From a virus, in the IMG/VR virus record IMGVR_UViG_3300044988_000363: a stretch of 64,000 bases of DNA; one strand, given 5' to 3'. Below the pieces are notes generated by a model. It was not told where the DNA came from. It was given only the letters and a program-made list of their open reading frames with translations, and made no database searches. Each line of letters begins with the position of its first letter. Within the stretch, counting starts at the first letter, position 1. Position numbers and translations under genes: made by a program. Shown piece by piece: positions 31,731 through 41,380 of the stretch.

Positions 31731-31829
31731 ATGGCGTGGCCACATAAGAATCGTCCCCGCAAGGGTCGCCGTAAAGTCGGCAGTCAGAAGCGTAAGGCTC
31801 GTCGCTTAAAGGGTCGTAAGCGTAAGTAA
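31731..31829 (+). CDS. 32-aa highly basic peptide
   Basis: MAWPHKNRPRKGRRKVGSQKRKARRLKGRKRK with SD AAGGAG; below ORF-track cutoff. Confidence 0.6.
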   Translation: MAWPHKNRPRKGRRKVGSQKRKARRLKGRKRK

Positions 31830-31853
31830 TTTAATCAAGAAAGGTGAATAAGT

Positions 31854-32144
31854 ATGAATAAGTTTTTTCTAGCAGCAGCATTTGTTCTCGGTCTATCAGG
31901 TTCGGCATTTGCTCTAACAACTCATGACGAGACACACAACGGTAAGACTGTTGCTGTTCCTGGAGCTCAGAAGAGTAATGGAGTATTTGCTCCTGCTGTT
32001 CAGGTAACGCCACATGGTATGGTTGTAACTGCTCCTCCAGGCGCTGACGTCGTTGTTGATAATGATGAAGGCGATATGCAGATTGATATTGTTCCAACAG
32101 GCAAGAAGCGTGGTCTTCTAGGTCTAGGGTTTTTAGGAATGTAA
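31854..32144 (+). CDS. secreted hypothetical protein
   Basis: signal peptide ending SAFA. Confidence 0.65.
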   Translation: MNKFFLAAAFVLGLSGSAFALTTHDETHNGKTVAVPGAQKSNGVFAPAVQVTPHGMVVTAPPGADVVVDNDEGDMQIDIVPTGKKRGLLGLGFLGM

Positions 32145-32146
32145 CA

Positions 32147-32605
32147 ATGAAAAAGTTGAATCTGGACGAAGTAAGAGAGTTCATTGTCAATACATCATTG
32201 TCAACCAAAATCTATATCGGTTCAGATTCAGCACGTTATCGTAAGGGTGATGTCTGGCACGCTGAATACTGTACCGTAGTAGTGGTTCACTATAATGGTA
32301 ATCGTGGTTGTAAGGTGTTTGGACAGTTAGAATCAGAACGTGACTATGACCAAAAAAAGGACAAGCCACGTATGCGTCTAATGAATGAAGTAATGCGTAC
32401 CGCACAGATGTATTTGGATCTTGAAGGGGCCATTGGTCAAAGAGACGTTCAAATCCATCTGGACATCAACCCTGACGAGAAGCATGGTTCTTCATGCGTA
32501 ATCTCAGAAGCTGTTGGTTATATCAAAGGAATGTGTAATGTTGTTCCTTTCGTTAAACCAAATGCGTTCGCAGCTTCTATTGCTGCTGATAGGCTGCTTG
32601 CGTAG
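32147..32605 (+). CDS. RNase H-like YkuK family protein
   Basis: IYIGSDS, IHLDIN, KPNAFAASIAAD. Confidence 0.75.
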   Translation: MKKLNLDEVREFIVNTSLSTKIYIGSDSARYRKGDVWHAEYCTVVVVHYNGNRGCKVFGQLESERDYDQKKDKPRMRLMNEVMRTAQMYLDLEGAIGQRDVQIHLDINPDEKHGSSCVISEAVGYIKGMCNVVPFVKPNAFAASIAADRLLA

Positions 32606-32613
32606 CCTATCTT

Positions 32614-32689
32614 GGGGATGTAGCTCAATGGTCAGAGCCGGTCGCTCATAACGGCTTGGTTGCAGGTTCGAGTCCTGCCATCCCCACCA
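32614..32689 (+). tRNA. tRNA-CAU, probably Ile2 (lysidine type)
   Basis: cloverleaf, loop CTCATAA, G1-C72, CCA end. Confidence 0.85.
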
Positions 32690-32707
32690 TTTTATAAAGG
32701 ATATATT

Positions 32708-33124
32708 ATGAGATATATTATTGCAATAGCATTTGCTTTGATTGCTACTAATGCAAATGCTGGTTTCTTGGATGATATTTTTAACTTCCAACGAGAAGCT
32801 AATCATCCACGTCAAACAAAAAATACTAAGCATTCTAAGCATATAAATAATTATTCCACTGGTGGCGGACATAACGCCTCGTGGTATAATGACCGGAGCG
32901 GACGGACAGCATCCGGTATGCGTCATCACTTTGGTGTAGCGCATAGAACCTTACCATTTGGAACAACGGTTTGTATCCACAACCCGTCAAATGGTAGGCA
33001 AGTAGAAGCCGTTGTAACCGATAGAGGGCCATTCGTCAGAGGAAGAACAATTGACGTTAATCAAAACGTGGCTCGTGCTCTAGGTTTCTCAGGAACCGCA
33101 CATTTAAATTACCATCCGTGTTAA
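32708..33124 (+). CDS. RlpA-like double-psi beta-barrel protein (lytic transglycosylase-like), secreted
   Basis: ASWY...TASG...AHRTLPFGT...DRGPF...IDV; signal peptide. Confidence 0.85.
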   Translation: MRYIIAIAFALIATNANAGFLDDIFNFQREANHPRQTKNTKHSKHINNYSTGGGHNASWYNDRSGRTASGMRHHFGVAHRTLPFGTTVCIHNPSNGRQVEAVVTDRGPFVRGRTIDVNQNVARALGFSGTAHLNYHPC

Positions 33125-33159
33125 GAGTCGGTTGCACACAACAGAAAGGTAAATCCAAA

Positions 33160-33687
33160 ATGAATAAGATTATTTTTGCTACTGCGACAGCAGTGGCTAT
33201 GTTTGCGTTCAGCAGCACAGCCGAAGCAAGTCGCACTAGCCAGAATACTCAGTATTCACAACACGAAGAAGTATCTTTTGATCCAATTGGTGATTTACTT
33301 GGCGGACCTGAAAAGGGTTGGTCAGTTATGACTCCAATTAATCGTCGTGTTAAGCATTCTGCTTATCACAGTAAGAGATATTCTACATACTCACATCATT
33401 ACTCTGGACCAATTTCTGCATCAATTGTTTCTTATGGACATATGTTGCAGCATATGGGTCTAAGAGTATCCGAACACCCAGCATTCGGCGGCGTTCATCA
33501 TGTTCATCATGGTTGGGCGCATTATTCTGGGCGTGCGATCGACGTTAATGTTGGCCGTGGCGTATATGAAGCACATTCCGGCTATAGTCGTAAGTTCGAT
33601 GCAATTGCTGCACGAGCACGAGCAGCTGGCTATACAGTTCTGTGGCGTGTTGCTGGTCATTTTGACCATATGCATATCCAGAAGTAA
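33160..33687 (+). CDS. secreted protein with peptidase M15-like zinc motif
   Basis: signal peptide; HYSGRAIDV and HFDHMH. Confidence 0.55.
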   Translation: MNKIIFATATAVAMFAFSSTAEASRTSQNTQYSQHEEVSFDPIGDLLGGPEKGWSVMTPINRRVKHSAYHSKRYSTYSHHYSGPISASIVSYGHMLQHMGLRVSEHPAFGGVHHVHHGWAHYSGRAIDVNVGRGVYEAHSGYSRKFDAIAARARAAGYTVLWRVAGHFDHMHIQK

Positions 33688-33729
33688 TATAAGTATAAGG
33701 GAGGCAATGTCCGTGCCTCCCTTTTTATC

Positions 33730-34308
33730 ATGGAGGCAACTTTGAACATAGAAAAAGAGGATAAGAACATAGATATCCCTAGTATAGAAGATCATCACTA
33801 TTATCTTTTCAATTCAACTTTCGACGCTAATTCTACCGGCGATGCATTAAGGTTTATTCTCGCCCGTAATCTAATGAAAAAAGATCGCCCGAAGTTTATG
33901 AAGTTTATCATCAACTCTCCTGGTGGCGAAGTTCCTTCTGCGTTTGCTCTTATTGATACAATCAAAGGCTCTAAGATCCCGGTGTATATGTATGGACTTG
34001 GTGAAATTGCTTCTTGTGGTCTACTTACGTTTATGGCTGGAGCGAAAGGACATCGTTACGTTACACGAAATACAGCAATTCTTTCTCATCAGTTTTCATG
34101 GGGAACAATTGGCAAAGAGCATGAATTACATGCATCAGTAAAAGAATTTAATAATACAAGCCAGCGCATTATAGATCATTATAAAAAGTGCACTGGACAA
34201 ACAGAGGCAACAATTAAAAAGTATTTGTTACCGCCAGAAGATGTTTGGTTAACGCCCAAGGAGGCAGTGAAATATGGCATCGCAGACGAAATTGTGGATT
34301 TCTACTGA
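33730..34308 (+). CDS. clpP: ClpP-family protease
   Basis: INSPGG, ASCG (Ser), SHQ (His), DVWLTPKEAVKYGIAD. Confidence 0.88.
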   Translation: MEATLNIEKEDKNIDIPSIEDHHYYLFNSTFDANSTGDALRFILARNLMKKDRPKFMKFIINSPGGEVPSAFALIDTIKGSKIPVYMYGLGEIASCGLLTFMAGAKGHRYVTRNTAILSHQFSWGTIGKEHELHASVKEFNNTSQRIIDHYKKCTGQTEATIKKYLLPPEDVWLTPKEAVKYGIADEIVDFY

Positions 34309-34546
34309 TTATTTCAGCACTAGATTTTGGATTATAGTAGAAGTTTTAGCAACAGCAACTTTAATTGTTGGAGTTGCTTTTAATTCTTGGAACATATATC
34401 CTTTGAATCTATATATAAATGTATTGGGAAATTTTTTCTGGTTTATGCTGGCATTACATTGGAGAAAGCTTTCTTTGTTAGTTATTCAAGTTGTTGTTCT
34501 TGGTTTATATGTAGCCGGAACTGTTAAGGTAATGATGGGAGTATAA
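34274..34546 (+). CDS. small membrane protein
   Basis: three hydrophobic segments. Confidence 0.55.
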   Translation: MASQTKLWISTDYFSTRFWIIVEVLATATLIVGVAFNSWNIYPLNLYINVLGNFFWFMLALHWRKLSLLVIQVVVLGLYVAGTVKVMMGV

Positions 34547-34547
34547 A

Positions 34548-35252
34548 ATGGCAATTATTAGATTTAGTGACGAAGAAGTATTTGGTGTTGATTCTACAGA
34601 GTATGAAATTCTAGTTAACGCAGTAGCAAATGTAGGAGAAACTCCTGGTGCTATTGTTGAGATCGGTTCTCGACGTGGCGGCTCGGCCAAGATGATTATT
34701 GATACTCTTGTTGCAACTGGTAATAATAACCGTTCAATGTTTTGTATTGATCCTTATGGTAATATTGATTATCCTTATACAAATAAGGGATTGGCATTAC
34801 ATTATGGGCCTGATGCTGTTAAGGATGGTGATGTTGATGACGCAGAGAAGACAACACCAATTAAGTTAGATTATGATAATGAAATGCGTAATCGCACAAT
34901 CCCTTCTCTGTATTATTATGGTTATAACGCTGGCCTAAACTTCACTTTCTTTTGTCTAGAAGATACAGAGTTCTTCAAGCGTTATGCTGATGGTGTTCCA
35001 GTATACGATCAGCGCAAGACTCTAGAAACAGAATACGCCTTTGTGTTCTTTGATGGTCCTCATGACAATGCTTCTCTTAATGTAGAGTGCGAATTCTTTG
35101 TTCAGAGAGCTCCAGTCGGCGCAGTATTTGTCTTTGATGATATTGGTATGTATGATCATGATAAGGTCGTAGAAGAAAGTCATCTATTCAATAATGGATT
35201 TGAAGTCCTAGAAAAGGGAAATACAAAAGCTTCTTACGTCAAGCGTAAGTAA
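34548..35252 (+). CDS. class I SAM-dependent methyltransferase (TylF/Methyltransf_24-like)
   Basis: VEIGSRRGGS, IDPY, FFDGPH, VFDD. Confidence 0.75.
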   Translation: MAIIRFSDEEVFGVDSTEYEILVNAVANVGETPGAIVEIGSRRGGSAKMIIDTLVATGNNNRSMFCIDPYGNIDYPYTNKGLALHYGPDAVKDGDVDDAEKTTPIKLDYDNEMRNRTIPSLYYYGYNAGLNFTFFCLEDTEFFKRYADGVPVYDQRKTLETEYAFVFFDGPHDNASLNVECEFFVQRAPVGAVFVFDDIGMYDHDKVVEESHLFNNGFEVLEKGNTKASYVKRK

Positions 35253-35263
35253 GATATGCAAAT

Positions 35264-35297
35264 CTCCAGATTATAAATAATACATAACATTCTGGAG
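35264..35297 (+). promoter_or_regulatory. late promoter within an SD-sequestering hairpin
   Basis: CTCCAGA...TATAAATA...TCTGGAG. Confidence 0.7.
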
Positions 35298-35302
35298 GAA
35301 AC

Positions 35303-36028
35303 ATGCTAAATTTTGGCGAATATCTGTCTGAATTAAAATTAACTCTTCAATATCATGACGAGTTAAATCCAAAGATTTGGAGAACCGAAGATAAACTAAA
35401 ACCAGAAGTCCGTAAGGCTCTTCTGAAGTTTGCTTATACTTGGGCAGATTTTGCCAAAATTCCAAAGTCAATGATCGATCATGTTATTATGACAGGTGGT
35501 AATGCTAATTATAACTACACTAGCAAATCAGACATTGACGTTCATGTTATGGTTGACCGTTCTAAACTATTTTCCGATCCTAAGTTTGTAGAAGAATATC
35601 TACAAGACAAGAAATCTTTATGGACTCTTACTCATAACGTAGATGTTTATGGTTATCCCCTTGAACCATACGCACAGGATAAGACTTTAAAGTATCCAAA
35701 GAATCAAGGCATTTACTGCCTGACAAAAGATGAATGGCTACAGAAGCCTCGTAAGATTGATTATGATTTTAAGAACGATCATCTTCTAAAACAAAAAGTC
35801 TCTCATTACATGCATGCAATAGATCACATGATCAATTCTAAAATGGGAGTCGATGCTTTTGAAAATATGAAAGCTCGTTTTAAGAATATGCGCACAGCTT
35901 CTCTTCAACAGTATGGCGAGTTCGGTAGAGAGAATCTTGTATTCAAGGAACTACGTAATCGTGGTTACATTGACAAAATGAATAAATACGAAACATCGCT
36001 TAAAGACAAAGAGTTGTCTTTAAAATAG
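35303..36028 (+). CDS. Pol-beta-type nucleotidyltransferase
   Basis: TGGNANYNYTSKSDIDVH (hG[GS]x9-13DxD); MLNFGEYLSE N-terminus. Confidence 0.75.
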   Translation: MLNFGEYLSELKLTLQYHDELNPKIWRTEDKLKPEVRKALLKFAYTWADFAKIPKSMIDHVIMTGGNANYNYTSKSDIDVHVMVDRSKLFSDPKFVEEYLQDKKSLWTLTHNVDVYGYPLEPYAQDKTLKYPKNQGIYCLTKDEWLQKPRKIDYDFKNDHLLKQKVSHYMHAIDHMINSKMGVDAFENMKARFKNMRTASLQQYGEFGRENLVFKELRNRGYIDKMNKYETSLKDKELSLK

Positions 36029-36193
36029 AACTTTTCTTTTCCTAAAATACAGTTTATAATATAATGTCTAGTGTGGAGGATGTAATGGAAATGAGTAGCG
36101 ATCTAGAATTTATGGTTGAGACAGATATGATCTTACAGGGTTACAATCCATATAACCCTGATGAAGTAAATATATATTGGGAGATTTATTTTA

Positions 36194-36469
36194 ATGGCTA
36201 TTGAGATTTATTCAAAAAATAATTGTTCTTTCTGTGATCAAGCAAAACAAATGCTTCGTATGCACGGAAAGGATTTCATTGAGTATAAGTTAGACGAAGA
36301 CTTCACACGAGAAGTTCTGCTAACAAAGTTTCCTGAAGCTAAGACGTTTCCTGTAATTGTCCTCGATGGATTTAACATCGGTGGCTTTGAGCAGTTGAAG
36401 CGACATCTTACTGAGGAAACATCAGACTCTCGTAAGATTCTGTTGGAAGATAATTATCACGGAGCATAA
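36194..36469 (+). CDS. glutaredoxin
   Basis: CSFC, TFPVI, IGGF. Confidence 0.9.
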   Translation: MAIEIYSKNNCSFCDQAKQMLRMHGKDFIEYKLDEDFTREVLLTKFPEAKTFPVIVLDGFNIGGFEQLKRHLTEETSDSRKILLEDNYHGA

Positions 36470-36472
36470 ATT

Positions 36473-36754
36473 ATGGCTATGTATGAACGCAACGTGTTGC
36501 TTCAAGATCTGCGCAAGAATGTAATGGCAGTTCATTTCACAAAGGTAAATGGTGAAAAGCGTGAGATGCGTTGCACTCTTATGCCACAACTTCTACCACC
36601 CAATTATGTAAACGAAGAGACACAAGAAAAAGATTTCCATGACAAGAACCAAGATGTTCTTGCTGTATGGGATGTGATGAAGGGTGGATGGCGTTCTTTT
36701 CGCATCGACTCTATTGAGTATGTTGAAATTTTAGATCCTTATCAATACTCATAG
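36473..36754 (+). CDS. WYL-like SH3-fold protein
   Basis: FTKVNGEKREMRCTL, VWD...GWRSFR. Confidence 0.65.
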   Translation: MAMYERNVLLQDLRKNVMAVHFTKVNGEKREMRCTLMPQLLPPNYVNEETQEKDFHDKNQDVLAVWDVMKGGWRSFRIDSIEYVEILDPYQYS

Positions 36755-36763
36755 GAGAGATAC

Positions 36764-37126
36764 ATGAGCGAAAAGACCTATTGGGGACATCATCTTATTA
36801 TTAATGCAGGTGAGTGTAACCACAACACTATTACAGATTATAATACAATCCATGAATTTACTAAGCAGTTAGTCAAGGATATTGACATGGTTGCTTATGG
36901 TGAACCACAGATTGTAAAGTTTGGTACAGGTAATAAGGCTGGTTATACTCTAGTTCAATTAATTGAGACAAGTAATATTTGTGCTCACTTTGTTGACGAG
37001 ACAAATGATGTCTACTTAGATGTCTTTTCTTGCAAGCCATTTAATGAAAAAGCTGTAGTCAATCTCGTTAAGGTCTTCTTTGAAGCAAAGAAGATTGAAA
37101 CTGTATTCCTTGACAGACAAGCGTAA
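36764..37126 (+). CDS. speD: S-adenosylmethionine decarboxylase proenzyme
   Basis: LIETSNICAH cleavage region, YLDVFSCK. Confidence 0.8.
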   Translation: MSEKTYWGHHLIINAGECNHNTITDYNTIHEFTKQLVKDIDMVAYGEPQIVKFGTGNKAGYTLVQLIETSNICAHFVDETNDVYLDVFSCKPFNEKAVVNLVKVFFEAKKIETVFLDRQA

Positions 37127-37175
37127 TATATAACAGGTGGCGATTAATCGCCACCATTTATTATTGGGGTGAGAA

Positions 37176-37718
37176 ATGGTAAAAGCAGTATTCCTTGACC
37201 GTGATGGAACTATTAATGAGCTCGTGCATGGAAGAGAAAACCCAAAGCATGTTTGTCCTTGGTATTTTGCAGAATTCAATTATATTGATGGTGTTGAAGA
37301 GGCAATTAAAGGATTAAGAGCTCTTGGGTTTTCTTTGCATGTTGTAACAAATCAACCAGATGTTGATGATGGATATACAACAGAAGATACTATGAATGTT
37401 ATTCATCAATGTCTCAAAAATGATTTGAATGTAGATACAATTCAGGCAGCAAGAACACGTGGAACTGAAGAGTATAAACCTAATCCTGGTATGTTAAATA
37501 AGATCATTAAAGAATGGATGGTTACTAAAGAACGTAGCTGGATGATTGGTGATACATGGCGTGACGTTGTTGCTGGCAACCGTGCCGGAGTCAAGACTAT
37601 ATACCTTGGTGACATTTATAGTGCTCCTTCAGAATGGTTACATATTAAACCAGACTTTTATGCTAAGAACCTTCTTGAAGCAGTAACAATTATTCAACAG
37701 AATGTGGGTGGAAATTAA
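37176..37718 (+). CDS. HAD phosphatase, GmhB-like
   Basis: FLDRDGTIN, VTNQ, KPNPGM, MIGD. Confidence 0.85.
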   Translation: MVKAVFLDRDGTINELVHGRENPKHVCPWYFAEFNYIDGVEEAIKGLRALGFSLHVVTNQPDVDDGYTTEDTMNVIHQCLKNDLNVDTIQAARTRGTEEYKPNPGMLNKIIKEWMVTKERSWMIGDTWRDVVAGNRAGVKTIYLGDIYSAPSEWLHIKPDFYAKNLLEAVTIIQQNVGGN

Positions 37719-38722
37719 TGAGTGGTTTTGAAGAGAATGAAATTTCTATAAAGGCAAATGGTGGAACTGAATTAGTTAAACGTAAGCTTGCTTCTATGCT
37801 TCCAGAAAGCTTGCTTGAAGACTTTCAAATTATTTGTTCTAGAACACGTGATTTGGACGAAAACAAAATTCGTATTCTTTGGTGTCATGATCTACCCGAA
37901 GACCCTGAATCTAAAAATTTCAGAGACACTGAATGGCGAAATAAGTTTCATAAATTTGTTTTCGTTTCTAATTGGCAGTATAGCCGTTATAATTTGATTC
38001 ATGGTTTACCAATGGATGATAAGTCTATTGTTCTAGATCATGGTATTACTCCTGCTCCTGCTTCTTGTTTAGAAAAGCCAGATGATGGTAAGATTCATTT
38101 GGTATATACCTCAACGCCACAGCGTGGATTGGCTATTCTTGTTCCAGTGTTCGAACATTTGGCTGAAACAAATCCAGATATTCATCTACACGTTTACTCT
38201 TCTTTTAAAATCTATGGATGGGAAGAAGCAGATAAACAGTTTGAAGAATTATACGAAACAATTCGTAATCATCCTCAGATGACTTATCATGGTTTCACTC
38301 CAAACGAACAACTAAGAGAAGAACTCAATAAGTATCATATTTTTGCTTATCCTTCTATTTGGACAGAGACTTCTTGTATTGCTATGCTAGAGGCTATGTC
38401 TGCAGGATTGGTTTGTGTTCATTCGAATCTCGGAGCTCTACCAGAAACTTCGGGTGGTTTAAATGTAATGTATAATGTTAATATGGAAGATGTTCAGAAA
38501 CACGCTGGTGTATTCGCTGGTAATCTACAAGCAGCTATTCGTCTCGTTCGTGACAAAAAGCAAGACAACATGATCGCCTTTAATAAAGTTTATGTAGATA
38601 ACAAGAACAATGTAGAATTTATCAAGAACAAATGGGAAGTAATGTTAAACGATCTCAAAGCTGAATATCCCGACGAAGAGTCTCGTAAATTTCCCAAAGA
38701 AATGTTTGTCTACAAGGTATAA
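37718..38722 (+). CDS. GT-B (family 4-like) glycosyltransferase
   Basis: YTSTPQRGL, YPSIWTETSCIAMLEAM. Confidence 0.85.
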   Translation: MSGFEENEISIKANGGTELVKRKLASMLPESLLEDFQIICSRTRDLDENKIRILWCHDLPEDPESKNFRDTEWRNKFHKFVFVSNWQYSRYNLIHGLPMDDKSIVLDHGITPAPASCLEKPDDGKIHLVYTSTPQRGLAILVPVFEHLAETNPDIHLHVYSSFKIYGWEEADKQFEELYETIRNHPQMTYHGFTPNEQLREELNKYHIFAYPSIWTETSCIAMLEAMSAGLVCVHSNLGALPETSGGLNVMYNVNMEDVQKHAGVFAGNLQAAIRLVRDKKQDNMIAFNKVYVDNKNNVEFIKNKWEVMLNDLKAEYPDEESRKFPKEMFVYKV

Positions 38723-38757
38723 ATACTATTGACTTCTTATAAAATATAAGGTATTAT

Positions 38758-39153
38758 ATGTCTAATAATTCGAATAATGTCGTGAGTTTCCCCAAGGGTA
38801 AGAACGCTAACAAAGATATTACTCTCGAGGATATCCAACATAATATGGAAATGATGAGACATTATCATATCCAAGAAACTATCCAAAATCTGGTTCCAAT
38901 GATTTTCAATCAATTAGACATTGCTGGTTTCGGTCTCATCGAAGATGATGTAGATGTCGATGTTAAGGATGGCGCACTCATAGTGGAAGCTTTGCGTTCT
39001 TTGATGCTAAAGCACTATGATATGCACCATCCTTTTCAGCAGGTGTCCGAAGCTATCTTCGTTCCTCATCCCAAGGAAGAAGGTGCATTTAAGATTGCTG
39101 ATAAGTTGGAACTAGATCTAAAACCTCTGGATGAACCTGAAGAAACTGAATAG
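38758..39153 (+). CDS. hypothetical protein
   Basis: ORF with TTGACT-N17-TATTAT and TATAAATA upstream. Confidence 0.7.
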   Translation: MSNNSNNVVSFPKGKNANKDITLEDIQHNMEMMRHYHIQETIQNLVPMIFNQLDIAGFGLIEDDVDVDVKDGALIVEALRSLMLKHYDMHHPFQQVSEAIFVPHPKEEGAFKIADKLELDLKPLDEPEETE

Positions 39154-39160
39154 GTGATTT

Positions 39161-40018
39161 GTGATTATTGTTGACTTGAATCAGGTTATGTTGTCTAATC
39201 TGTTGATGCAGCTTGGCAATCATACTAATGCTCAACTAGAAGAAAATATGGTTCGCCATATGATTCTTAATTCTATTCGTTCTTATCGTCAGAAGTTCTC
39301 TGATGAATATGGCGAAATGATTATTGCTTGCGATAATACAAACTACTGGCGCAAGCAGATCTTTCCTTATTACAAGGCCAATCGTAAAAAGAATATCGAG
39401 AAGTCAGAACTTGACTGGAAGGCTCTGTTCGAATGTCTTAATAAGATTCGTGCAGAACTCAAGGAGTATTTTCCTTATCGAGTTATTGATGTTGAGTCTG
39501 CAGAGGCTGATGATATTATTTCCACACTTGTCTCTAAATTCGGCTCAGAACTAAATACTGGTGAGAAAATTCTTATTCTGTCTGGCGATAAAGATTTTAT
39601 TCAGTTGCACGTTTACCCTAACGTAAAACAATACGATCCTACTCGTAAGAAATGGGTAACGCACGATGATCCTGAACGATTTCTACATGAACATATTCTT
39701 AAGGGGGATGCAGGGGATGGGATTCCTAACGTGTTGTCTCCTGATAATTGCTTTGTTGTCGGCGATCGGCAAAGACCGCTAACAGCGAAGAAGATGGAAA
39801 AGATTATGGGCACTGATCTAGAAGAAATGGATACAATCACTGCCCGTAACTATTCTCGTAACGCACGATTGATTGATCTTAGCTTTACTCCTGACTCTAT
39901 TCGTGAGAAAGTTATGGAGCAATATGAAGCTCAGGCAAATCGTGATCGTAGCAAACTACTAAATTACTTTATAGCAAACAAACTCAAAAACCTTACTGAA
40001 CATTTGAGTGAATTTTAG
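39161..40018 (+). CDS. rnh: T4-type RNase H / 5'-3' exonuclease
   Basis: YKANR, EADDII, SGDKDFIQL, GDAGDGIPN. Confidence 0.93.
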   Translation: MIIVDLNQVMLSNLLMQLGNHTNAQLEENMVRHMILNSIRSYRQKFSDEYGEMIIACDNTNYWRKQIFPYYKANRKKNIEKSELDWKALFECLNKIRAELKEYFPYRVIDVESAEADDIISTLVSKFGSELNTGEKILILSGDKDFIQLHVYPNVKQYDPTRKKWVTHDDPERFLHEHILKGDAGDGIPNVLSPDNCFVVGDRQRPLTAKKMEKIMGTDLEEMDTITARNYSRNARLIDLSFTPDSIREKVMEQYEAQANRDRSKLLNYFIANKLKNLTEHLSEF

Positions 40019-40027
40019 GAGATAATA

Positions 40028-40447
40028 ATGGCTGTCCTTGGAATGTATGAATTTTTACACAAGGTTTCTAAATTAAAAAAGACGCAAGAAAAGGTTGATA
40101 ATATAAAAGCTAATGACACTATGGCTCTACGTATTGTGCTACAAGCAGTCTTTGACCCTAATGTCAAGTTCCTTCTCCCAGAAGGAGTACCGCCATATAA
40201 GCCAAATGATATTGTAGATCAGCAGCATGTATTCCACAGAGAAGCTGATAAGATTAGATATTTCGTCGAAGGTTTCCATCCAACTCTCAATCAATCAAAG
40301 CGTGAAATGATGTTTGTTGAGTTTCTTGAGAGACTAGATCCCGACGATGCAAAGCTTGTCCTAGCTATGAAGGATAAGAAGATGCCATTTCCTGGCATTA
40401 CCATTCAACACGTAAAAGAAGCACTACCAGGGTTAATCGCAGAATGA
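40028..40447 (+). CDS. conserved T4-like phage protein
   Basis: LPEGVPPYKP, KREMMF. Confidence 0.7.
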   Translation: MAVLGMYEFLHKVSKLKKTQEKVDNIKANDTMALRIVLQAVFDPNVKFLLPEGVPPYKPNDIVDQQHVFHREADKIRYFVEGFHPTLNQSKREMMFVEFLERLDPDDAKLVLAMKDKKMPFPGITIQHVKEALPGLIAE

Positions 40448-40665
40448 GCAAGTCAGCGTTAAAGAAGTTCAAGAAGAACGATTATTCAGATCACGAAGAG
40501 TATCATGACGATCCACGTGATCGTGTAAACAAGCGCAAAGAGAAGCGTGTAGAACGTGCTCTTCGCACTAAGGATATCTCTGCTTTGGTTGAAGACGATG
40601 AAGACTTTGACATCGGAGATATCTGTTCAGGCACAACTCGTGGTCATGCATGGGAAGATGATTGA
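40444..40665 (+). CDS. hypothetical protein
   Basis: overlapping ORF. Confidence 0.6.
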   Translation: MSKSALKKFKKNDYSDHEEYHDDPRDRVNKRKEKRVERALRTKDISALVEDDEDFDIGDICSGTTRGHAWEDD

Positions 40666-40889
40666 TGCCTATTTACAAGCTACGTAATAATCAGACTGGT
40701 GAAGAGTGGGAAGAGCTTATGTCTATTTCTGAGATGGAACAGAAGATTGTAGAACATCCGCATGTCGAACTTCTTATTAACGGTGCGCCCATGGTCACAG
40801 GAACCATGGGCAAGAATACTCCAATGAAGACTAAGTATAAGGATGCTACTTCAGTCAAGCGCCCATTCTTAGATTCTACAGGAAAATAA
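40665..40889 (+). CDS. FmdB-like small protein (paralog 1)
   Basis: MPIYKL...TGEE...MSISE...NGAPM. Confidence 0.6.
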   Translation: MPIYKLRNNQTGEEWEELMSISEMEQKIVEHPHVELLINGAPMVTGTMGKNTPMKTKYKDATSVKRPFLDSTGK

Positions 40890-40890
40890 A

Positions 40891-41130
40891 ATGGACCCTT
40901 TGCAATTTTGTTATTGGCTACAAGGATTTAACGAACTTAACACATCAGGAAAACCTCCTGGCGAGTTACAGTGGAAGATCATCCAAGACCACTTATCAAC
41001 AGTCTTTAATAAAGTTACTCCAACCTATCCAGGTGGCGTATATCCTGAAGTTTTTCCTATGCCTTCTAGTCCACCATGGACAATTACATGCGAAACTAAG
41101 GCTAACACGCAAACAACGGCGATTTGCTAA
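40891..41130 (+). CDS. hypothetical protein
   Basis: QFCYWLQGF...IQDHL..VF pattern. Confidence 0.6.
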   Translation: MDPLQFCYWLQGFNELNTSGKPPGELQWKIIQDHLSTVFNKVTPTYPGGVYPEVFPMPSSPPWTITCETKANTQTTAIC

Positions 41131-41372
41131 TGCCAACATATAAGTTTTTAAATAATGATACTGGCGAAGAGTATGAAAACTTCATGTCGATATCGGAACT
41201 TGATGCATACTTGCAAGAAAATCCGCATATCACTCAACTCGTAAATGGCGCTCCTATGATCGCTTCTGGTAGAGGCATGGGTAAACCTGAAGATGGTTTC
41301 CGTGATCTGCTCAAAGATATTAAGAAGAGAAACCAAAAAGGTATAACCAGGAGTACCATCAACACATTCTAA
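41130..41372 (+). CDS. FmdB-like small protein (paralog 2)
   Basis: MPTYKF...TGEE...MSISE...NGAPM. Confidence 0.65.
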   Translation: MPTYKFLNNDTGEEYENFMSISELDAYLQENPHITQLVNGAPMIASGRGMGKPEDGFRDLLKDIKKRNQKGITRSTINTF

Positions 41373-41380
41373 GGGGTAAA

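Noticed and set aside
32504-32944. Minus-strand 146-aa ORF
   Set aside because: Antisense to the tRNA at 32614 and the RlpA-like gene.
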